64,000 nucleotides of DNA from Octopus vulgaris (taxonomy: Eukaryota): NCBI GenBank assembly GCA_951406725.2, contig OX597818.1:102238001-102302000 (forward strand), given 5' to 3'. Numbering within the stretch: position 1 is the first letter of the stretch; every line of letters begins with the position of its first letter. The position numbers and the translations under genes are program-made. The notes beneath the pieces are model-generated. The model was given only the letters and a program-made list of their open reading frames with translations. It made no database searches and was not told where the DNA came from. Below, one piece after another: positions 54,284-64,000 of the stretch.

Positions 54284-54676
54284 TTCTTTATTGCCCACAG
54301 GGAGATGAACATAAAGGGGACAGACAAGGACAGATATAGGGATTAAGTCGACCTCAGTGTGCAATTGGTACTTATTTAATCAATCCCGAGAAATGAAAGC
54401 CGAAGTCGACCTCGGCGGAATTTGAACTAAGAAGGTAACGGCAGACGAAATACCTATTTCTTTATTACCCACAAGGAGCTAAACACATAGGGAACACACA
54501 AGGACAGACATAGGTATTAAGTGGATTACATCGACCCCAATTCGTAACTGGTACTTAATTTAATTGACCCCGAAAGGAATGAAACGCAAAGTCGACCTCG
54601 GAGGAATTTGAACTCACAACGTAACGCAGACGAAATACCGCTAGGCATTTCGCCCAGCGTGCTAACGTTTCTTGCA
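54284..54676 (-). mobile_element. Tandem-dimer family B SINE with an alternative 3' tail
   Basis: Two units (54284-54454, 54455-54676) of TTCTTTATT.CCCACA..CAAGGACAGA..AAGTCGACCTCGG.GGAATTTGAACT..GCAGACGAAATACC. Confidence 0.8.
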
Positions 54677-54930
54677 GGAACAAAATAATAATTAAGACCA
54701 GAAGTAAAGCATTAAACAAATAAATTGCACAAAAATTACACCAATGTAAACAAGTGTTAATTGAACTTGCTAAACATACTCAATTAGTACACAACCATTT
54801 GTTAAAAGAAATCACATTAGCAGTTTTGACCCTATAGAGCTGAAATCGAGATCATCGGCACAGCAGAAATATGTATTCTACCAAGGAAGCAGTATAAATT
54901 GATATCGATATCATAAATGTATATTGAAGA

Positions 54931-55120
54931 GGCGGCGAGCTGGCAGAAACTTTAGCACACCGGGCGAAATGCTTAGGAACATTTCGTCTTTCGCTACATT
55001 CTGAGTTCAAATTCTGACGAGGTCGACATTGCCTTTCATCATTTCGGGGTCGATAAATTAAGTACCAGTTGCGTACTGGGGCGATCTAATCGACTGGCCT
55101 CCTCCCACCAAAATTTCTAG
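54931..55120 (+). mobile_element. SINE family B
   Basis: GGCGGCGAGCTGGCAGAA..GAGTTCAAATT..GCCTTTCATCATTTCGGGGTCGATAAATTAAGTACCAG (Nin/Deu-like core). Confidence 0.85.
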
Positions 55121-57292
55121 ACAAGAAAAAATGGATATTGAAGTGGTATCACACTTCAATTCTCCTGCATCCGCGAATTCCCGACGCGTTATAAGGAATA
55201 TCTTATTTTTAACTCAAGATTATTTTAGGCTCACAAATGAATATTTACTTATTTCTAATGGAAGCGTTCCTAGAAAGTTATATGCAAGTAGCATGAAGTT
55301 AATTCACCCGTACCCAAATGGTATTTTTCCAGAGATGCATGTTGATTCTTTATTACCCACTAGGGGCTACATTCCAGAGATACATGTAGTATGACACACA
55401 GTGTTAATATATAAACACTGTGTGTTAATATATAAACGGAATATAACAAGAGGAACGTCCAAACATTTAGTCGGACATAACATCTCTAAGTTATAAAGAT
55501 ATTAATGCTAGGAATAACACAATAATGTTCATGTGGAAGCCACGAACTGAACGAGTGTTTCTGTAGTATTGAGAGTAATCCTCTCTTCACTCTTCGTTTG
55601 TACATCAAACCTATTGGAGCGCTAATTATGCCACTCCGAATTTGCATATCTTTTCAGCAGGAATTATCTTAATTAGATCTCACAAGATCGTTAGTGTGTC
55701 GGATAAAACCCTTAACAGGATTGTTTCTGTTTTTTGTTTTTACTTTCCGAGTTCAAATGCTGACAAAGTTAATTTTTGACTTCCACTTTTTCGTGATTGC
55801 CATAAGTATTAGTCGAACACTAGGAGTAAACGCGTTCAACTATAGGCAGAACATTTGATATGTTGTGCCTATACTTGAATGAAATAGGCATAATGAAAGA
55901 AATAGGCAATTGGCATAATGAATAGGCAAAACAGGAGAATTAAATCATCGCAACGGCTCATATGCATCTCTACTTACAAGCATAGGAAGTGATATATTGC
56001 CGTTCAACTCAATAAATAGGAAACAAAAAGAATTTAAGAATATTGACAGAGAAACTACAAATCTATAAAATGAATTACGTAAAATTTCTATTTAATTTTC
56101 TCTACGTCGATAAATTAAGTACGAGTAACATGCTAGTTTCTTTTGATTGACTGCTTTGTGGCCTCAAATTTGTAGGAGTGTACGCCGACAGATTGAAAAC
56201 ATTATTATACTGCTTAAACGTCATTTGTATACTACATAAATGTGTGCTAAATAATAAGTCAGTGTAATATTTTCCTTTAGAAATATATTATTTAATGCTG
56301 ATGCCCAAATGTACTGGCAAATATCGTCAGATTCAATAGAAATACTGAGTTCTTACCTCCAACTAAAGTTCCCATCTGTGTTGGACATTAATTCCTTGTT
56401 TAAAATTCTACTTTGCAATTGTTACACAAGGTGTGTTCAATACAAATCATCAACAAGCAAATATTGATCTGATAAAACCAGACTAACATGGCAACCGATA
56501 AACGATTTTGTTTAATCTCAAACGTGTCTATTAATTAACTTGTCGAACAAAAATAGACACAAACACCATATTTTATCACTGCCAACAGCCAACAGCTAAA
56601 TACTAAAAAAAGTAGAAAGATACATTTCTTCATTTACAACTGATACATCGCCATCTATTGATATAAATTGACTATTTTTTCATGACTGCACTAAGTAACA
56701 GATTGACGTTTATATAAAACCTCCTCAATTTGAATTGGCGCATATTCGGCAGGAAAGCTAGCAAACTCTAATCAATAAGATCATTCATAACCGAACAAAA
56801 TTTTGCTTACGAGACAAACAGACCGAAAGAGAAACGCTGTATTTGTGGAGGGGAACGAATCGCCTGGCTATAGTAATTTTTCGTTAATTGAAATATAAGT
56901 TTACGCAGATCAATACGCTTCTTTCCTTCTTAATTTTCGTCCACAGATTTCATTACGGGATAATAAAATTTGAGGCTCTGTCTGTGTCTTAATAATTTGC
57001 CGATAATATATACTGCGTTTTCTTTTTCTTTTCCATAGACACCTTGATTAAAAGTGCCCAGGGTCACTCATATTTAAGTCTAGGAACCGAATGTATACAC
57101 TGTATGCAGTTTCTCTATTACGATAAAGCAATAGACTAAAACTTGACTATGTCTTGCTTTGACACCTTTAATAATCAATTTTTCGTTGGTGGACAAATAA
57201 TCATATAGAAAAAAACACAGGAGTAAACATACACGCACATACACACACATGCACATATATACTCACACGCACTATATATATATATATATATA

Positions 57293-57470
57293 TTTCAACA
57301 ATTGAGGGTAAAATTAATTAATCATTAATCAATCTCACCAAGTATTCAGTATGTAAAGGGACCATTTAAGGCGAATTCAAAATATTACATTATATAAAAG
57401 GGCTTCGTAAAATATTTGCCATACTAACTATTAGAAATATAGCTATTTCTAATACTAAAGAAATCTCTCC
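57293..57470 (-). repeat. Second copy of the 22410-22626 repeat, between (TA)n tracts
   Basis: Reverse-complement match. Confidence 0.85.
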
Positions 57471-57568
57471 CATATCTATATATATGAAAAAAATATATAT
57501 ATATATATATTTATTTTACGAAATTTATATAATGTATATATATTATATATATATATATATATATAATA

Positions 57569-57708
<140 letters not shown>

Positions 57709-58464
57709 GTGTGTGTGTGTGTGTGTGTGTGTATAGTACTGTTATGTTCAACTTCAATATCTGGTTATTGATAAACGTTATGAAATGCAGACTGTAAATT
57801 TAGTTGTGCCTATGTAGGTTAAATGCTTCATAAATATTCATTAATATTATTTTTTTTTTAAACTAGACTCCAAATTTATAGAAATGTCTCTTGCGTTTCC
57901 TTTTATCTCTTTAATATCATTGCTATGTATCCCTTCGGCAAATGATAAAGTATAATTCTATTCTTAATGTTAATTTGTATAGTAAAATTGTAAAAGCAAT
58001 CCTATCTGTGAAGTTGCATAACTTTCAAGTTAACACTTTAATACGTTTAGCGAAACAAGTGAGCATGAAAAATTGCCCGAAGTATATAAAACTTCTATGA
58101 AATATAGTTCATTAGGCAAGACAGCAATGAATCCCCAGTTAGATCATATACCCAGACGCTTATATAAACATATATATCGACAACACTTGCACACACACAT
58201 ACACATACATACACATACACACATACACATTTGAGCGACGGAAGCACTAACAGATAAATATAGAGCTCTATGCGAATATTCCGATTTTAATCTGATGTTA
58301 CCTGCTATTTCAGTCTTATATGTAAAACCGGAAATTTATTTACTGCTTTCATTTTATTTACCTATTTTTACGATATTCTTTGCATATAACAACTCACACA
58401 CACACACATACACATATACACACAAACACACACACATAAACAAAGACACACACGCACAAATATA

Positions 58465-58680
58465 TGTGGCATGTCTATGTAGTAAGAAGCTTACTTCCAA
58501 AACACACTGTCCCGGGTTCGGTCCCACTGCACATCACCTGGGGCAAGTGTCTTCTACATCAATCTCGTGCCGACCAAAGCCTTGTGAGTGGATTTGCGGA
58601 AGGAAATTGAAGGAAACCCATCGTATATATGTTTATACATATATGTAAGTGTGTATGCATTGACTCTCTATTTGTCCCCA
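58465..58680 (+). mobile_element. Degenerate SINE family A
   Basis: GGGTTCGGTCCCACTGC..GGGGCAAGTGTCTTCTAC..CCGACCAAAGCCTTGTGAGTGGATTTG. Confidence 0.8.
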
Positions 58681-61624
58681 ACTTGCTGACCATGCTTAAG
58701 TTTCACATCGTATCAATCAACGAAAAATCCTTTGGAGAGTAAAGAGAAATAACACGCATTTCGTGTATATAGCAATACCATTAAACTAGGTAAGGAAATC
58801 CTGTATATATATTATATATATTGAGAGGGCATGTTTACTCCATCTTATCCAGGAGAATATTGGCTAGCTTGATTCAAAGAGAATCTGGAATAAAGCTATT
58901 CAAAATATTAGCAGAGAATTTTGTATGAGTTTTCTGTAAAAAGGAATACGGAAATCATTGGCAAAAAGTCTAGCCTCTCTTCCGTCCCGAACCATATTTC
59001 ATACTTCATCATCAAGAGATTATTTCCCGCATCATCATCAACTTCCAAAACTGTCAGCAGTGTATTACCTTCTATGAGGCACGATAATGAGGGGAAAATA
59101 ATTTACAATCCTAGAAGTTCTTAGGTTACCATCATTGTATTACAGAAAAAATACTACATACATGATATTGTCCAATAAGCTAGTGAACTGAATAATGCTG
59201 TGCCTGGTGGATGGGCATGTTTAACCTAGAATCCAGAAAGAAGGGAAGAAGAACATATATTCTGAACTAATAAGAAAATGAAATGTCCTCTACCAAGCAC
59301 AGATTTTGCAAATTGTATCTCTTATCATGAAACACTAAACAGCAGAATAAAGGATTTGCCGCCAATACTCAAAATGCTGGTGTTTTCTTTACAATTCCTT
59401 TCCAGACATATACAGGACTTATTAGGACCCTCCAAAGGCAACCGACTGAGGCTTTCATCGGATATTCATAAAACATTCCAGAGATTATCGTCTTCAAATT
59501 CTAGGAATTAAAATGTGTACACCACTCCATTTGCAGATGCCATTCACATACACGTAAACTGCTATGTATTACTCTGACAGACACAAGAATACCTGACAGG
59601 TTTATCTTGGATGATCCTACATACTTCCACACATTATCTAAGTCACATATTCACAAATCAGCTCTGACTCTATAAAACAAACTTATAATTTTGTTAGTGA
59701 CCGGCTGTTACTTCGCGGAAGAAAATCCTTGAATATTTATCGAAACAAAAAACAAAAAAAATATGTTCATATATATTGTCTTGCATATACACGTATGAAT
59801 ATATCTGTTCACATACATACGTATACACATGTACATGTATGTGTGGGTGTGTGTGAATTATATGTACACACACTTTCACACATACACACACACACTTTCT
59901 CACACATATTTATATATACATCTACTACATTCGAAATTTTCCTTCTTGTTTGTGAAATTCGATGCTTCCAACGCTTGTTCACAAAATGTTATTAACATCA
60001 GAAATCTATTATTATTTAGCGCTTCATTTGACGCACCCTTTGGTTTAATGGACAAGTGCTCATCCAGAATTTGAGGTGTACAGGTTCGAGCCTTACTCGT
60101 AACTTACTGCTTACATATTTTTCCGTCTTATAAGGGTGAACAACCCAAATTTCTACTCTTTTCAAGGCTATATTGCGTTCGAAATTTACTTTCTTGTCTC
60201 TAATACATATATTTTAAACTAGATTCAGTAGGGTATATAATACTACTTGCTAAAATCAGAGCCAATGCTAGCCACCTTATTAATACTATTAATAACGGAA
60301 ATAATATTTCTTTATTTAGATATTTTAATTTATATATTTCTGTATGCATATTGGTTAACACTTGCGACAATCTTGAACAAACTATTCGGTTCAACGAAGT
60401 TCTTCCTCTTATCTCCTCATGTATGTCTTACATTATCGGTCTTGGAACTTGGTGTGTTGTAAATTCATAGAACCAACCACAGAATAATCATAGGATCTGC
60501 AAAACGGACTATTCCCTCGTTATAAAATAAATAAACGACATATATTCATCATTATATAGTTTCGATAAGAGAAGCAATGCCTTGAAATTATTTCTACTCA
60601 ACGTAAGTAATGGAAAATGAGTTCGAAAAATGGAAAGCAAATCTAGTTATGCATATTACGATTCAAAGGGCAATCGAACAATTTTATTGATGGCGTAGTT
60701 TTTTAACACAGTAGAGGATGACTGTGTCATATGTAAATATGCAAGTAGGCACGTAGTGCTACGTGAAATACTATTAACATCATTATGATTACAATAATAA
60801 AATAGTATTCAATCACAGACATATGTCTATAGATACTACACATTTATCCTTTGAGAGAAGAATTGTTACTTAATGTGTTAAATGCAAAGCTTAAATTTAG
60901 ATGTTTCATAAGCAACAATAATGTGTGAGCTAAAGTGCCAGATCTCGCTAAGTAAAGGAAAATACAGATGGCTGTTTCCTATCAAATTACATTTATGTAT
61001 TATTAAGAAAATTATATAATCAATCATTATTGTCATCTTCAAAAATATCAATTAGTATCCGTTTTGGCGCGACAGTTATGTCGATCAATTTCCATACTAT
61101 CCATTGCTAGTGGAGAAATTATAGACAAAAAAATGGCTAACGTGATCAATCATAACTGTGCATAATGTACGGATTGGTGAAAGGTATACGAGATTATTGT
61201 TCTGAAGTATATAGATGGTGAATTTATTCGAGAAAGAAAAACATCATAACGACTGAAAATGATTGATAATAACACTTAAATACATGAATTATATATATAT
61301 ATATATATATACATATATATATTGGTAAAAACGGTAAGATATATATATATATATATATAACATACATATACATATATATGTATGTGAGTGTGTGTGTCCA
61401 TTCAGATCACTGGCATACATAAACGTCGACACACACATGTGCACACAACAACAACCGTACAAACTTACAAATTCGAATACACAAACGCACACAGAGTTGA
61501 ATGCGTATGTACATACGTAAATTAAATCCTTATCTGTTGTCTTATTAATGGTGATAAATTATGAATATGGTGAGGTGCATTAATGGAGATTATGCTGAAC
61601 AGAATCTCTTTAACTTTTCCTTTC

Positions 61625-61688
<64 letters not shown>

Positions 61689-61774
61689 TAACAGATAGGT
61701 ATATGTACATGTATACCTATACACACGCACATACATGTATGTATTTGTATGTACATACATACATATACATTCAT

Positions 61775-62097
61775 AGGAGAAGGAGTGGATGTGTGGTACG
61801 TAGCTTGCTTACCAACCATATGGTTCCGAGTTCAGTCCCACTGCGTGGCAGCTTAGTGTAGTGTCTTCTACTATATCCTCGGGCCGACCAAAACTTGTGA
61901 GTGGATTTGGTAGACGGAAACTGAAAGAATCCCGTTGTATATATGTATATATATATATATGTGGGGGGGGGTGTACGCGTGTGTGTGTGTGTGTCTGTGT
62001 TTGTCCCCCGCAACATCGCTTGACAACCGATACTGGTGTGTTTACGTCCATGTAAGCTAGACGTTCGGCAAATGCGATTGATAGAATATTTATCCAA
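61775..62097 (+). mobile_element. SINE family A
   Basis: GGAGTGGATGTGTGG..GAGTTCAGTCCCACTGCGTGGCA..CATCGCTTGACAACCGA. Confidence 0.85.
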
Positions 62098-63164
62098 GAT
62101 TTTTTCTTTTTAAGTAATCCTACTCCTGCCATCTACATTTTGTGCTATATTACGTTGGATCTACTGCAGGAATTCCGGCCTGTTAGATGATCTCGACGGC
62201 AAAATAACAACGTGGACATTTTACGAGAATCTTTAACGAGACACCTCTTTATGTATGGATTTACCTGATGTGGCCCAAACTGCATAATGGATGCAACACA
62301 AAGGTAATGCACCCATAAGATACGGTAGCAAATTAGGATGAATTGATTGTCGTACAAAATACGTTTGTGAATCTGTTTTGCAAGATTCCTGAATTGATAT
62401 TGTATGTTCAAACACATTGGAACAGATATTGTAATGTTTTGGGATAGTCATTCTTGTGTCTCTGTATTTCGATGGTGTGCATGCTTATCTGTGCATCGGC
62501 TTCCGTCTGTATCTACATGTATGTGTATGTGCGTGAATGTGCGTGTGCATGAATGTGTGTGTGTTTGTGGTTACGTGTTTGTAGGCATGCCTATGCAATT
62601 TGTGTGTGTTTCGCTGTGTGTGCATGAGTTTACTTACTATCTTGTTTATATCCCTTTACAAGCAATATTGTGAACAATCCCATCAACACACACACAAAAT
62701 TAACACAAACACACATTCAAAGCACATTGACACGCGTATACACGCACGCATGCACACACATACTTACACACATAGTTACAAACGCAAACGCATGCGTAGT
62801 TTAGGATACAGATCCTAGAAACAGAAAATAAACAAAGGAAAGCTGGAGGAAAAACTGAAGTGGTCTCAGATGTTTCAGGAGAGATTTTCAGCCAATGGAC
62901 ATGGGGTAAAAAACAAAAACAATATTAAGCGAATCGTTGAAGGAATATATACAGCATTTGTCTATCTGGCAAATAAATGCCCCTCACGAAATATTACAAT
63001 ATATATACGACAGACTCCAAAGAAGCACGCAGCCAAACTGTTTATATAGTCAACATGTGCAGCGGTTGCTCTATGAAAGAGCTCTTAATTTGGATACCGA
63101 AAGTGTTTAACACTCTCGCAATACTAGCAGCCTCTAAACAGATAACATTGTCGTATATATACGC

Positions 63165-63372
63165 GTTGACTCTTGGTGATCCATTTTTCTTTCTTCTTCC
63201 TTTTTTTTCGACTTTCCTATATTTCACGTTTCAGAAGAAGAGCTATGCTCGAAACCTAAAACAGCCACTGTTGTTTTTCTTCTCGGAGCATCTAATTAAT
63301 ACTTTACATGTGTTACTTCCTCGCGTTGTTGTTTTTTCCTTGTTTTTTTCTTCGCTTTTTGAATTAATTATA
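63165..63372 (+). mobile_element. Short PLE terminus with HHR-like motif at 63228-63262
   Basis: GTTT CAGAAGA A GAGC-TAT-GCTC GAAA CC TA AAAC; downstream GAGC..CTAATTAATAC resembles the 7.8 and 26.8 kb termini. Confidence 0.6.
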
Positions 63373-63716
63373 TATTCATACATATACACACCTATATATG
63401 TGTGTGTGTGTGCGCGTATGTGTGTGTGTACGCGTATGTGTGTGTGTGCGCGTATGTGTGTGTGTAAATATCACGCATGGATACACATATATATGCTCTA
63501 CAATATATTTTTCAAGAAATCCTGACCCCATTTCTATTCCAGACTGCTCCGCTATAAATTTGATTACAATTTATTGACTCCGGAATTGATCATTTCATCA
63601 GTAACTTATATTAGTAGTCATAATTTAATTGTTTTAAAAACAGGTCGAAGAATATATTTTTATGTGTGTATGTGTGTGTATGTAGATCTATATGTGTGCA
63701 TTCGTATGTTTGTATG

Positions 63717-63817
<101 letters not shown>

Positions 63818-64000
63818 ATTATTGAGTAGAGTACTATTTCTGAAATGTAAATTCTGTGTGCCCTTGCGGGTTTATTAATTAGTGAAATTTTAATTAGCCA
63901 TTAATTCACCGTTAGTGTAAGCAAAATGGTGTCTTCCAATAGTTAGATATGAATATTCACATCTTTGGTATAATTTAACCCGAAGAACGAAAACACGTAT

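Noticed and set aside
57015-57140. Host exon after a strong polypyrimidine-AG
   Set aside because: No convincing donor site, no recognisable peptide and no partner exons.
60030-60100. tRNA gene
   Set aside because: Has A/B-box-like motifs but no cloverleaf; likely a decayed SINE head. The same applies to the heads of SINE families A-C.

Overview
This is eukaryotic, AT-rich, gene-free DNA. The (TA)n density and SINE repertoire suggest a coleoid cephalopod such as Octopus (inference). I could not support any host exon, tRNA, rRNA or CRISPR array, and most ORF-track entries are microsatellite translations. Mobile elements present: three Neptune-type Penelope-like elements (PLEs) with RT-thumb/Zn-knuckle/GIY-YIG coding remnants, a fossil GIY-YIG of a different PLE group, and several ORF-less PLE-end elements; a near-full-length CR1-group LINE whose ORF1 has a CCCH finger; further CR1 and RTE fragments, one with a twin-priming inversion; a deleted mariner; a hAT/Charlie MITE; and about 22 tRNA-derived SINEs of three families (CORE-like, Nin/Deu-like, Meta-like). 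The most notable signal is about 13 hammerhead-ribozyme (HHR)-like motifs from at least 6 element families, nearly all in elements ending in (TA)n tracts. They include a canonical CUGAAGA HHR, a U3-A8 compensatory-core variant with stem II covariation, a CUGU-N-GA (A6U) family, and a motif whose three HHR strands occur in a non-circularly-permuted order. All alignments and folds were done by eye; coordinates may be off by a few bases, and ribozyme activity is untested.
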